IMG/VR virus record: IMGVR_UViG_3300021431_000075
Span: 32,001-96,000 of that record
Direction: 5' to 3' (one strand)
From: a virus
Taxonomy: Duplodnaviria > Caudoviricetes
DNA length: 64,000 bases
The notes under the pieces: model-generated
Seen by the model: only the letters and a program-made list of their open reading frames with translations
What the model was told of the DNA's origin: nothing
Databases searched by the model: none
Part shown: piece by piece, positions 25,824-36,705 of the stretch
How the letters are laid out: each line of letters opens with the position of its first letter
Numbering within the stretch: the stretch's first letter is position 1
Position numbers and translations under genes: made by a program

Positions 25824-27067
25824 TTGTTATCATTGCTCAATTTTCTATATAGTTCTCCTCTAAAGCCCGGTTCTTTTGCATAAATCGAAGAAATGACAAA
25901 ATCAACAAAATTACGCTTTATCTCATCATTGTTTTCAGAAAGCATGAACGGCTTTACGAATCTTGCAACTTCATCAACCCTGGCGTCACAGCTCAATTCA
26001 ACAGCAACAATGTAGAAAACCTCACAACCATCATCCATCAACGTGTTCGGAATCAAATATGCAACAGCGATAGAGTCTTCAAGAGAAACATCAAAAACAA
26101 ATGAAAAGAAAACAGGCTGCCTGTATGTTCTGATAACTTTACCAAGACGTTCTCTGATTGCATTTTTGTCAGATATTTCTTCTTGAGACTTTAAATATCT
26201 AACATCCAGTTCAGTACATGCGACTTTATCATTCATCACAATTGATTCAAGAACATCCTTAGTTAATGAATGATAACCGAAAGGCTTTCTTGATTGTTTA
26301 TGCTGCAGCATGTCAAGCGGTCTTGACAAACACCAGAACGGGCACATATTCATAAAGGACTCTATAACTGGAAACTTGCCGCCGTTATTCTCTGCAAAAA
26401 TCTTCAGCAATGAAGGAAATATCTGCTCGTTCTCCGGGATGAGCATCCGAATCGTGTCGTACAATTCTACATTATATCTGTCAAGTTCAATAAACTTGGT
26501 GAATTTTGTTCGATGAGTATCATGATCCACTTTAATGATCTTGAATTTTATTGCCTCAAGATTTCCACCAAACAGCCCTGTGTACAATCCAAACTTCTGC
26601 AAGAACCTGTATACTTCCCTGGGATTCATAAAGTTCGAATTGAATCCGACATTCATCATAGATTCAAAACGCCAGTTCATTCTCGCCCAGTTCAAATCTT
26701 TATCCAGTTCATTTGGTTTTCCATTCAATGCATTGTCAAGATATTCTTCAGACGGGACACACTCTTCAATCAGCATCGGAGAAATGATAGCGCAGGAATA
26801 GTCGTCAATCGCCATCGTGCTTCCGAATATCCGTTCTGTTGCGTTATTAAGAATCTTGCGACCGGTAGAAGTGTCAAGAATATCAAACAAACTCTCATAT
26901 ATATTTCCGTTAAATGTACGATTTCCGTTCTTATTCTTCCAATGCAAAAGAATACAAAAGACATAATCATAAGAATCATAAAAACTCTTATAACCATTGT
27001 CGCTATCAGAAACATCTTCAACTTCGACCTCTCCGAACAGATTTTCATTCAATATACCTGTATGCAT
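25820..27067 (-). CDS. Array member: leader-family protein without WG repeats
   Basis: ILNENLFGEVEVEDVSD leader, then YDYVFCILLH first strand. Confidence 0.8.
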   Translation of the reverse strand: MHTGILNENLFGEVEVEDVSDSDNGYKSFYDSYDYVFCILLHWKNKNGNRTFNGNIYESLFDILDTSTGRKILNNATERIFGSTMAIDDYSCAIISPMLIEECVPSEEYLDNALNGKPNELDKDLNWARMNWRFESMMNVGFNSNFMNPREVYRFLQKFGLYTGLFGGNLEAIKFKIIKVDHDTHRTKFTKFIELDRYNVELYDTIRMLIPENEQIFPSLLKIFAENNGGKFPVIESFMNMCPFWCLSRPLDMLQHKQSRKPFGYHSLTKDVLESIVMNDKVACTELDVRYLKSQEEISDKNAIRERLGKVIRTYRQPVFFSFVFDVSLEDSIAVAYLIPNTLMDDGCEVFYIVAVELSCDARVDEVARFVKPFMLSENNDEIKRNFVDFVISSIYAKEPGFRGELYRKLSNDNK

Positions 27068-28530
27068 TTGTAATACAAAAGATCGTCTATTTTTTTATTA
27101 TTTTTACACCAGCCGTACACAAAGTTTCCATGACGATCAAGAACATCATACTCTTCTTTATCATTGTAAACAACGAAAAAGTCATTCCTATCGTGCCGTT
27201 TACAATCTTCATTGAACCAGACAGAATTGAACCAGACGTCACTCAAATAGCCATTCTCCATATTGAAGATTCTCGCTTTCCTATTCTTCTCAACCATCAC
27301 AAACATGCCATCTGGAGTTGATGGAACGTCTTCTTCCACTCGGTCAAACCACTCGTCAGAAACAACTTTGCCATCGATTCCAATATAATTCCATCTCTTA
27401 TTGCCATTGATTATTTTTAGAACCAATACATAACTTGTATGAAAACCCAGATCGTAAACATCGTTTTGACTTATCAAATCAAACCAATCTTTCGATAGAA
27501 GTTTGAACGACTTGGTAATAATGTTATATGCCGGCTGCTTTTCTCTCTTTATGAGTGCAAAGTCTCCTATAAACGCTGTTGCTTCTTCAAATGCAACTCT
27601 AACAATAGGCTTTCCATCCACATCAATATAGACATATTTGCCATCAGTCGGTCTCCTAACGACAGCAATGCCGTCATAGAATCCGCTTGCTTTCAAAAAC
27701 CAGATATTCGGAAGCATCACAGATTTATCCTTGACATAATTAAAATAACCACCAAAATAAACAACATCTCTTTTTTTGGCATTATCTTTTATATAATCAA
27801 AACCGAGGGCATTCTTGGTCTTGGCATCTTGAACGGCAAGTCTCGCATTCATCTCCATCGTCAATAGATGAAACCACTCATTCATCCCAAAGTCTCTTCC
27901 AGTAACAGCTTCATAGAATCCCTGCAAGTTGATTTCAGGAATAGCTTCAGTCTTAATCAAAAAGAGCGTATTGTTGCTGTACATCTTATTGAACTCGTCA
28001 CGACTCAAGTCATATTCAGAGAATGCGGTCATATAATTGACCTGAAATGAGAAGTTTTTTCCAAACGTGTTAAAAATCTTCCATACGAAACTGACCGCGC
28101 TCCTGATACTTACTTGTTCTCGTTTTATTCCAAAGACAGCCAGCAACTCCCGACTTCCAATATATTGTCTGACGGAATCGCCAAAATTTGTATATATTTT
28201 CACTCCGGAAACTTCAAACTGACGAAACGTTTCAAGCATTCGAACAACATTATTCACATAAGGCGAAAAATTAGAAGATTCCAATAAACCGAAAAACTTG
28301 TATTCATAAAAACTCGTAGTCATATCAACAATATTAACAAGGTCGGTAAATTCTCTGGAACCAATGATTCTCTCATAAAAATCAAATCTTTCCTCTGAAC
28401 CTTTTGCAGAACAATCAATATGGACACACAGAATGAAATCATAATTTCTGACATCATTCTCGTCAATGCCAGAATCATCCAGAACGTCATCAAGCTCAAT
28501 TTCAGTCAACAGACTGTTTTGCTCTTTCAT
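27049..28530 (-). CDS. Array member: leader + N-domain + short WG-like repeat tract
   Basis: Start reassigned to ATG 28530 (MKEQNSLLTEIELDDV), behind GATAAATA at 28557-28564. Repeats such as WNYIGIDGKVVSDEWFD. Confidence 0.8.
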   Translation of the reverse strand: MKEQNSLLTEIELDDVLDDSGIDENDVRNYDFILCVHIDCSAKGSEERFDFYERIIGSREFTDLVNIVDMTTSFYEYKFFGLLESSNFSPYVNNVVRMLETFRQFEVSGVKIYTNFGDSVRQYIGSRELLAVFGIKREQVSIRSAVSFVWKIFNTFGKNFSFQVNYMTAFSEYDLSRDEFNKMYSNNTLFLIKTEAIPEINLQGFYEAVTGRDFGMNEWFHLLTMEMNARLAVQDAKTKNALGFDYIKDNAKKRDVVYFGGYFNYVKDKSVMLPNIWFLKASGFYDGIAVVRRPTDGKYVYIDVDGKPIVRVAFEEATAFIGDFALIKREKQPAYNIITKSFKLLSKDWFDLISQNDVYDLGFHTSYVLVLKIINGNKRWNYIGIDGKVVSDEWFDRVEEDVPSTPDGMFVMVEKNRKARIFNMENGYLSDVWFNSVWFNEDCKRHDRNDFFVVYNDKEEYDVLDRHGNFVYGWCKNNKKIDDLLYYKCIQVY

Positions 28531-28601
28531 TAAAAACGAAAAAACCAAGATTTTTGTATTTATCTTAATTAAGCGTTTTTTTAGCAAATCACAAACAATC
28601 A

Positions 28602-30326
28602 TCAATCATATACAAATGCAAGTCCCGTATCCTCGATATTGACTAACTCGCCAGTCTCTTTATTAAAAACATTCCCAGAATAGTCAACTGCATAATCATG
28701 ATAACTAACGCCACAATAATGTCCATAGGTGTACTCCGACAACCAAATCAACCAGAACTTCAATAACTTTTTGCCGTTAACATCCATATAGTTATAATAC
28801 GCGACACCATTGAACTTCTTTGCCACAAGAATGCGTCCGGAAACAAAACCTTCAGTTGACGGTATTATCGTCCTGTCGTTGATTATCTTCTTTCCGTCAT
28901 AGCCAACAAAATCAAGTCCTTCTGAATCATAAACAATCGCGCGGCCGCACTTAAACTTATGGATACTATAGAACCAGTCCTTGCATAACATGTTTCCATT
29001 CCGGTCCATAAGGTTAAAATTACCATCCGAATCTTGCACTCTCATAGATTCACATCCCTTGGATGAACCGGAATCCTGACTCAAATCACAAATATAAATT
29101 TCGCTGATTTCTTTATCAAAGATAAGTTTCCTGTCAGACTTCCGGAAAACATTCTTGCGCTTATTGAGATATTCAACAATAAGCAAGTCTGGAAACTCGT
29201 CGGAAGAAACAATTTTTTCACAACGCTCGTCAAGCACTGCATTGAAATCTCTATCAATGATATTGCTTGTTCTCTGATATGTTCCATCAAGATACGAAAC
29301 AACCGCAAATCCATTATCAAATTCCGAATCAACACAATAGAACGACTCTTTGCATGCTCTTTTTCCGCTCTTATCAATAAAAGTCCATCCCGATTTTGGA
29401 ACATCAACAGCAGCAACACCTTCTGAAAATAACCGAGCGTTCACGAACCAGCAATTCGGAACAAGAACTTCATTGTTTTCATCCACGAAATTGTACATAT
29501 CGCCAAACCTAACAATCGACAATCCGCTTTCTCCACCATCTGAAACAACGACTCCATGAACACTTTCATCTTCATTTCTGCTTTCGGAACCAAACAAACC
29601 AAGCCGCAACTCGACTTCCCTGGAAAATATAACGCTCTGTGCCTTGTTAAAGATTTCATTCGATGAATCCAAGTTCAGCAAACGCATATAGAATCTACTT
29701 ACATTTTCAGCTTGATAAAAAAGCCTGTTTTGCTCATCATCTTTGTCCCATCTAAAGTAATTACGAACGATATGTCTCATCGGATTTAGCGAACTTTTAT
29801 TTTCTAAGTCCACTTCATCAGCCTTTTGTATAGTTATTCCGTACAAATCACAACTGTTCCTTTGCTCATATATGTTGAACCCGGTCTGAAAAATCAGACG
29901 TATCATCTTATGGATAACCGAAATTTTTCTGAATGAACAATCCAGTCCGAAAATAACATATCTTGTCTGTGTATTCTTACCGCCATAGTAGTAATTGATT
30001 GGGTCGGTCCGCACGATGTTGTCACCCTTAACAAAATCAAGCAAATACAAATCAAACGTTCCGTAAACAATAAAGCAAGCGTTTATGCTCGTCACTTCGA
30101 CATTGTAATTAATGATGTCATAAACACGTTCTATCAAAATGTCAAGAGCCTTGTCATTCGGCATCCTGTCATCATTTCCCTTGACTGTCAATGAAAGAAC
30201 ATATTTGCTTGCACCCATCCTTTCGAGATCAGTACGCTCATCATTGTCATTAACCTCATCGGCATAAAGGTTGTCGAAAAGTTCCTCAGACAAGACCTTA
30301 ATCTTATTTCTTCCAGCACCAGCCAT
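28602..30326 (-). CDS. Array member: WG-like beta-repeat protein
   Basis: VLSEELFDNLYADEVND leader; FSEGVAAV...WTFIDKSG repeats. Confidence 0.85.
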   Translation of the reverse strand: MAGAGRNKIKVLSEELFDNLYADEVNDNDERTDLERMGASKYVLSLTVKGNDDRMPNDKALDILIERVYDIINYNVEVTSINACFIVYGTFDLYLLDFVKGDNIVRTDPINYYYGGKNTQTRYVIFGLDCSFRKISVIHKMIRLIFQTGFNIYEQRNSCDLYGITIQKADEVDLENKSSLNPMRHIVRNYFRWDKDDEQNRLFYQAENVSRFYMRLLNLDSSNEIFNKAQSVIFSREVELRLGLFGSESRNEDESVHGVVVSDGGESGLSIVRFGDMYNFVDENNEVLVPNCWFVNARLFSEGVAAVDVPKSGWTFIDKSGKRACKESFYCVDSEFDNGFAVVSYLDGTYQRTSNIIDRDFNAVLDERCEKIVSSDEFPDLLIVEYLNKRKNVFRKSDRKLIFDKEISEIYICDLSQDSGSSKGCESMRVQDSDGNFNLMDRNGNMLCKDWFYSIHKFKCGRAIVYDSEGLDFVGYDGKKIINDRTIIPSTEGFVSGRILVAKKFNGVAYYNYMDVNGKKLLKFWLIWLSEYTYGHYCGVSYHDYAVDYSGNVFNKETGELVNIEDTGLAFVYD

Positions 30327-32680
30327 TAAACATATTCAATCATTTTTCCATCAAAACCGACAGTATTCTTGCAACAACCAATTTTGACTTCTATCTTATT
30401 TTCGTCATAGTCTATATCATAACCATCAACAAAATCATCAAGAAGCAAAGTGCCGTCTGTCTTCATAAAGTTGAATTTATTATCATCATTCATAATGACA
30501 AACATCTGGGTTCTCTCATCAAACATCACACAGTCTTTAAACCAAGTGTCTGATATGATTTTTGCCGTCTTTTTATTTATAATGTTTACTTCTGATTCTG
30601 ATTTGGTTACAATACAATATTCTGCAGAATTAAGCTTGTTTTCAATCCGAACTGATGAATCAAACAAGACTTTTCCATTTCTGTCTATTACTGTATACTT
30701 GCCGTTCAGCACAACTACAGCAACATTGCCTATAAACGTTGATGTATGTTCAAACCAATCATCAGATAATAGTTCTCCGTCCGGCTTCATATAGTTCTCC
30801 TTAATATGACTCTTGTCAAAAACTCGTGCAAAACCGTTTATGAAAGATGTACCATCATATAACCATTCATCCACCAAAAGAGAGCCATCCGGCTTTAGAT
30901 AATTGATTCTGCCATCACCATCACGTCTGGCAATCTTTGCAAATCCTTCTTTAAAATCTTCACCTTCTGAAAAAACAACATCAGTTATCAAATTTCCTTT
31001 TGTATCAATATAGTTTCTCTTGCGAGCTGAAGTCTTGACATATGCAAATCCTTCTGAAAATTCTCTACATTCAATGAACCAGTCATCTGATATGTAGTTT
31101 CCATGTTCATCTATAAAATTATAAACCTTATCCTTCCTCACGCGCATAAGACCATCATGGAACTCGCCAGTCATATCGCTATTGCTATCAAACCATTCTT
31201 CCGACAACTCCTTGTTTGTTTCAAGATTGACAAAATTCACCCTATAATTCTTGTCTATTACTCTGATAAATCCGTCTTGAATCTTACCACATAAGTAATA
31301 CCATTTGTTCAGCAAGTATTTCCCGCTATAGTCCATTATATTTTCTTCGTCATTCTTGTCCACTCTGACAATTTCATTTACATCATCAATAGAAGCACCG
31401 GAATACTCTTCTCCGTTATTCAGAAATTCTCCATTTCTATTGATTACACAAACAGAATTTCGTTGTCTATCATTGACTACCAATGCACATTCTGGCACTT
31501 TGAAACAATATGCAGTTTCAAACCATTTGTTTGACAACAGTTTCCCGTCAAGACCAAGATAATTCTCTTTTCTTTCCTTATTATATACTACAGCGAAACC
31601 ATTTACAAAACTGTCTATATGTGTAAACCACATTTTGGATGGAATTTTATAGTCTTTATTAACATAGTTATATTCATTGTTTCTCTTGACGATTATATAA
31701 TCAACATCGCCAATTGTAAAATCATCGCCAGCATTGTGTATACAAACTTCATCAAACGGCTCTTTAAAAAGAGAATTGCAATCCTTATCAATGAAATTCC
31801 ATTTATTCTGTTTTGAATTTGCATCATATACATTGACACAAGCATAACCGTTCTCAAAACCACCATTCAAAACATCTTCGAAATTTTCATCTGAAATCAT
31901 ATTGCCGTTCATGTCTATAAAATTATATGCAGTCCATCCATTCTTTCTATATTCTACTAATCCATATCCTTCTTTAAAAACATGAATATCTTCAAAATCT
32001 TCATTTGTCAATATGTCTCCATTATTGTTTACCAGTCTCCAGCGAAATTGATCCCTAATTTTATACAACCCGTTCTCGGCATCAACGCAAAAGAATCTGC
32101 CATACCTAATCGCGCTTGCAATATAACTCCGATATGCGGCATCATCATCTACAGATGGAAGAAAACTCTTATAGAAATTGACAATATTCGTCTTTTCTGC
32201 AAATACATCATGTTTTGACGGATACTCAAAATACGCTTTCTCTCTCGTATTCGGAGAACCGCTAAACGTAATCACTATTCTACTGTTAGAATCTGTATCT
32301 CTATTTGCATTATCACACCCGGAGTTCACTTCTATAACATCGCACATCGCGAACAGAAACGCATTGAAGTACCTCAACACTCCGAAAGATGCTGAAAACT
32401 TAATATTCATAGTAAGCAACTTATCCGGACAATCAACAACAACCTCATCAAACGAGTCTATAACCCGTCTAACATCCTTCTGATATTCAAGAAATGCAGT
32501 CATCTTACGTTTCATGTTATTAATAACATACATTCTTGGACCAATCTTATTAGAATTGATTCTACTTTTCACTTCCAAGTCATACTCCTGTCCTTGAGAG
32601 TCATCAACAATATCTTCTACTTCATCAGCATCAACATCGCCAAGAAGATTCTCGTTCAAAATATATGGTCTCCAATTCAT
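30326..32680 (-). CDS. Array member: WG-like beta-repeat protein
   Basis: YILNENLLGDVDADEVED leader; many N-[FY]-I-D-x-x-G...W-F repeats. Confidence 0.9.
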   Translation of the reverse strand: MNWRPYILNENLLGDVDADEVEDIVDDSQGQEYDLEVKSRINSNKIGPRMYVINNMKRKMTAFLEYQKDVRRVIDSFDEVVVDCPDKLLTMNIKFSASFGVLRYFNAFLFAMCDVIEVNSGCDNANRDTDSNSRIVITFSGSPNTREKAYFEYPSKHDVFAEKTNIVNFYKSFLPSVDDDAAYRSYIASAIRYGRFFCVDAENGLYKIRDQFRWRLVNNNGDILTNEDFEDIHVFKEGYGLVEYRKNGWTAYNFIDMNGNMISDENFEDVLNGGFENGYACVNVYDANSKQNKWNFIDKDCNSLFKEPFDEVCIHNAGDDFTIGDVDYIIVKRNNEYNYVNKDYKIPSKMWFTHIDSFVNGFAVVYNKERKENYLGLDGKLLSNKWFETAYCFKVPECALVVNDRQRNSVCVINRNGEFLNNGEEYSGASIDDVNEIVRVDKNDEENIMDYSGKYLLNKWYYLCGKIQDGFIRVIDKNYRVNFVNLETNKELSEEWFDSNSDMTGEFHDGLMRVRKDKVYNFIDEHGNYISDDWFIECREFSEGFAYVKTSARKRNYIDTKGNLITDVVFSEGEDFKEGFAKIARRDGDGRINYLKPDGSLLVDEWLYDGTSFINGFARVFDKSHIKENYMKPDGELLSDDWFEHTSTFIGNVAVVVLNGKYTVIDRNGKVLFDSSVRIENKLNSAEYCIVTKSESEVNIINKKTAKIISDTWFKDCVMFDERTQMFVIMNDDNKFNFMKTDGTLLLDDFVDGYDIDYDENKIEVKIGCCKNTVGFDGKMIEYV

Positions 32681-32704
32681 AAATCAATGCAAATAATCGA
32701 ATTT

Positions 32705-34465
32705 TTAAATGAATGTCACAACTCTGCAATCCCTATCAACAAATCTATCATAACCGATTCTGAATAAACCGTCTTTATATATGGCAAGTCTCTCTCCAAT
32801 CCAATCATTAAACAAAAATGTGCCATCTGCAAGAATGCAATTATAAGAGTCATCTTTCTTAACAATCGCGACACAATCCTCATAACATTCAACTGCTTGC
32901 ACGCTGCTTATAAAAGAGATGTCATCAAAAGTTATTTCTGAAAGCTTCTTACCTTCCGAATCAATTATTATATACATGCCAAGGTTTTCACTATTGCTAA
33001 TGATGGCATATCCACGGTCGTTGAAATTCTGCGCATATGAACACCAATCTTTCAGCAACGGCTTGCCGTCCTTCTTGATGAAATTTACATTTCCTTCATA
33101 GTCAATGACCATCCCGAAACCGTTTGTAAACTTGCTGCATATCTCATAATCACCACTAACTTTCTCTCCTTTATCATTTATATAGTGCTGTGAAAAATGT
33201 CTTTTTACGATAGCCATTCCTTCTGAAAAATCATCATAGATATTATTTAACCTGTCCTTGCCGTTCTTCCATATCTTCTTGCCGTCATATCTAATGTAAT
33301 TCACATATCGTCTACCGTCCTTGCCGCTATATTCTATTTTTGCAAACCCGTCAGAAAAATTCCCACAGTCGCCATTTAAACTCTTATCAAATAAAAGATT
33401 TCCTTTTGTATCCAAATAGTTGTATTTCCTGCTTATAGTTCCATCGCTTTCAATATCATCTATTGCTACTCTTGAATAACCATCATAAAATCGTTCACAA
33501 CTAAAGAAACGCTTGCTTGTCAATTCTTTTCCATTATAATCAAGAACCGTCCATCCGTCTTCATCTTTTACAGAAGCAAACCCATTAATATAACTTTCAC
33601 AAGACAACCACCCACTTGAAATCAAATTTCCGCTTGTATCTATATGACCGTATAAATCATCATTCAATTTGACAACAGCACGCCCATTACAAAAGACATT
33701 TGCAGATTTGTACCATTCAGAAGATATATATTCACCATTCTTGTTCACATAATTAAAGGTTTCATCTCTTATAACAAGACACCATCCACAGCTAAAAAAT
33801 GTACAATTATCAACCCAATCATCAAGAACTATGATTCCGTCTCTTGTAACAAGATTCATCTTATTGCCAAATTTGACACGATACAAGTCTTCTCCGCAAC
33901 TATTCATCAAACCGATAACGATAAAACTCTTGACTATGCTTCTAAACACATAATACGGAGAGTTAGAACCACAAAACCCATTATAATGTTCATAATAATT
34001 CTTGTCAATCGTCAACAGTTCATTATTCTTCAAAAGATTGATATTCAACCAATCATCGATTAGAAACATATCGAAGTAATCAAAAAGAGATGCTATGATT
34101 TTAACAATCATCTGATTCAGCACATCAACTGTACAGTTTGCCTTGCTTCCGAACCTGATACAAAGACCGCTCTCATTGTCATTTTTGACATATTCCAGCT
34201 TCTTGTAGCACAATATCTTTCTTCTCTTGACATTTTCAACAAGAACATTCTCAACCAAATCATACAAACCATGATTACTATAGTAATACTCGGGTTCGCA
34301 TTTATAATTGTTTCCGTTTCTTGCATATATTGTAAACTCAAAATCACATTCAGCTTTCATATCGCTGAAATCATCATCAACTTCTTCAAGTTCAACACTA
34401 TCAAGAATATTTTCATACACAGCATCAAAAAATCCGTATCTATTCATCAAAGAAAACGAAAGCAT
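32705..34465 (-). CDS. Array member: WG-like beta-repeat protein
   Basis: VYENILDSVELEEVDD leader; repeats; ends VVTFI. AATAAATA on the minus strand at 34476-34483. Confidence 0.9.
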   Translation of the reverse strand: MLSFSLMNRYGFFDAVYENILDSVELEEVDDDFSDMKAECDFEFTIYARNGNNYKCEPEYYYSNHGLYDLVENVLVENVKRRKILCYKKLEYVKNDNESGLCIRFGSKANCTVDVLNQMIVKIIASLFDYFDMFLIDDWLNINLLKNNELLTIDKNYYEHYNGFCGSNSPYYVFRSIVKSFIVIGLMNSCGEDLYRVKFGNKMNLVTRDGIIVLDDWVDNCTFFSCGWCLVIRDETFNYVNKNGEYISSEWYKSANVFCNGRAVVKLNDDLYGHIDTSGNLISSGWLSCESYINGFASVKDEDGWTVLDYNGKELTSKRFFSCERFYDGYSRVAIDDIESDGTISRKYNYLDTKGNLLFDKSLNGDCGNFSDGFAKIEYSGKDGRRYVNYIRYDGKKIWKNGKDRLNNIYDDFSEGMAIVKRHFSQHYINDKGEKVSGDYEICSKFTNGFGMVIDYEGNVNFIKKDGKPLLKDWCSYAQNFNDRGYAIISNSENLGMYIIIDSEGKKLSEITFDDISFISSVQAVECYEDCVAIVKKDDSYNCILADGTFLFNDWIGERLAIYKDGLFRIGYDRFVDRDCRVVTFI

Positions 34466-34534
34466 GTAATTTGTTTATTTATTTCCAGAAACAAAAATCA
34501 TGCCTTCGTCACAAGTCTAAAAACCAAACAAAAA

Positions 34535-36688
34535 TCAAACACAGGTAATCAGATTTCCGTCATAATCGCAACTAATGTTGCTATCTATATAAATCATACC
34601 ATCGTCACAAATAGTCGGAATATCATCAAACCACTCATTAGGAGAGAACAACAATCCGTTCGTATTCAATATGTTGTACCTGCGTTCTTTAACTCCGTTG
34701 ATTGACTCAAAATGGGCATAAACAACAACCGGCATTGAAGTCATCGACTGCAAAAACATAAACCATTTGTCATAAACAGGCTTTCCGTTGCGCCCCAATA
34801 TGTTACAAACCGGCTTTAGACTTGTATCTTGTGAAATCAGAATACAGTGTTCCTTCATTTCGAATTCAAACGGAACCCATTCATCAAACATCAACTTGCC
34901 ATCAGGACAAATACAGTTATTCTTGTTTTCAGTATCAGTAACAACTATGACCTTATAACCATTATCAAACGTATGCATATATGCATTTTTGAGCGGAATG
35001 TCAACTACCGGCTCTCCGTTTGGATAAATGACTTTATATGTTCTTACCACCCCGTCGTTTATATTGCTAACCCGGAACATTGTCTTGGAAAAACTCACAA
35101 CAGTGTCAAAATCATAATTATTTTCAAGAACTTGATTACCATTATCATCAACAAACGTGTTTGTTTTAGGTTCAATCATAACTTTCCATATACCCTCATC
35201 TTCTTGATAATCAAGAATATTCAAAAACTTCCATTCCTTGAACTTATACTCTCCTGTCCTGACATTCAAAGCATTCTTATATCCACCACGCTCAACAATA
35301 ACATACTCGAAATCATTGCTCTTGTGATTCAATGTCTTGACATAGTCAAAAACTTCATCAACTACATAAGAACCGTCAAAGCGAACCAAAGATGTTTTAT
35401 TGTCTTTCTCGAGTTTGTATATAAAGTACGGAGCATCATAACATTCTATTGATTTATACCAGTCATTAGAAAACAATTTACCTTTCTTGTCAATTAGATT
35501 ATATACAGTATCATTAAGTTTTTTAACGATTGCAAAATCTCCACAAAAATCTTGACAATAGCCAAACCACAAGTCTGGAGACAGAATCTTCCCGTCAGTA
35601 GATATGAAATTATACAACTGCGAATAATAATTTGCACCGTCCGATTTTCCAACAATCGCAAAGCCGTTCTTGAATGGCTTTATTGACTTGAACCCGTTAT
35701 TGTTGACCTTCCCGTTCCTGTCCATGAACGTATAATAGTCTTTTCTCTTAACTATAAACAAATCTTCATTCGAACCAGCAACGACATATTGGAACCATTC
35801 TTTCTTCGAAACAAGATTCCCTTCAGTATCCATAAAATTATATAGTCCGCGGTCATTATATACAATAGCATATCCATTCTTATCAAAACATCTGCATGAA
35901 TCAAACCAAACATCTGAAATCAGTTTTCCACTACAGTCAATAAAATTTTCTCCTTTATCTTTAAGTACAACTGTTGCAAAACCATTAGTAAAAAAATAAA
36001 TATAGTCATACCATTCAGAAATTCTCATTCCGGTCTCGTCGAATAACGCTTCTTTCTTTCCGACAGTCAACACGAAGATCATATGCTCTGTTTCAATGCA
36101 TTGAAGAAGTCCGAACCTGATTGCATACCTTACAAACAAGTAAGCAATCTTCTCATTATCAAGAGCCGGAAATAATTTCTTGAAAAACAATATCGACGAC
36201 AGCATAATCTGCTTTCCTACTTTATTGTTCGCAGAATCAAAATTTCTTGGCTTTGTAACATAACTTATAGTATATTTCTGTTCTCCGAAACGAATCTCCA
36301 CCGATTCGACATAACATGAAATATTTTTTATCAACGACATCGCTAACACGATAACAAAATCCGGAGAAAGGGGTTCAACTGTTTTAAATTGATACTGATA
36401 CACTTGCATTACCAGTGTTCCTTTCCCTTGAGTCCACCAAAACGAAGTTATCTTCTTCTTGGTTTGCAGATTATAAAAGACATTATAAGATGTGCGCTCA
36501 CACAACTTATGGAAATCCTGATCCGAACCGTTATATCTTTTTCCGAAATATGTGATTTTTACACCATACTCCTTTCCGGGTGAATCTTCATATGAATGCA
36601 CTGATGATTCATCATTATCTTCAACTTCATCTTGCTCTACATCGGAAAGAAGGTCCTCGTTCAACACATATATGTCATTTTTTATCAT
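34535..36688 (-). CDS. Array member: WG-like beta-repeat protein
   Basis: YVLNEDLLSDVEQDEVED leader; repeats; ends LITCV. Confidence 0.9.
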   Translation of the reverse strand: MIKNDIYVLNEDLLSDVEQDEVEDNDESSVHSYEDSPGKEYGVKITYFGKRYNGSDQDFHKLCERTSYNVFYNLQTKKKITSFWWTQGKGTLVMQVYQYQFKTVEPLSPDFVIVLAMSLIKNISCYVESVEIRFGEQKYTISYVTKPRNFDSANNKVGKQIMLSSILFFKKLFPALDNEKIAYLFVRYAIRFGLLQCIETEHMIFVLTVGKKEALFDETGMRISEWYDYIYFFTNGFATVVLKDKGENFIDCSGKLISDVWFDSCRCFDKNGYAIVYNDRGLYNFMDTEGNLVSKKEWFQYVVAGSNEDLFIVKRKDYYTFMDRNGKVNNNGFKSIKPFKNGFAIVGKSDGANYYSQLYNFISTDGKILSPDLWFGYCQDFCGDFAIVKKLNDTVYNLIDKKGKLFSNDWYKSIECYDAPYFIYKLEKDNKTSLVRFDGSYVVDEVFDYVKTLNHKSNDFEYVIVERGGYKNALNVRTGEYKFKEWKFLNILDYQEDEGIWKVMIEPKTNTFVDDNGNQVLENNYDFDTVVSFSKTMFRVSNINDGVVRTYKVIYPNGEPVVDIPLKNAYMHTFDNGYKVIVVTDTENKNNCICPDGKLMFDEWVPFEFEMKEHCILISQDTSLKPVCNILGRNGKPVYDKWFMFLQSMTSMPVVVYAHFESINGVKERRYNILNTNGLLFSPNEWFDDIPTICDDGMIYIDSNISCDYDGNLITCV

Positions 36689-36705
36689 AAACTCAAAAAC
36701 AAATT

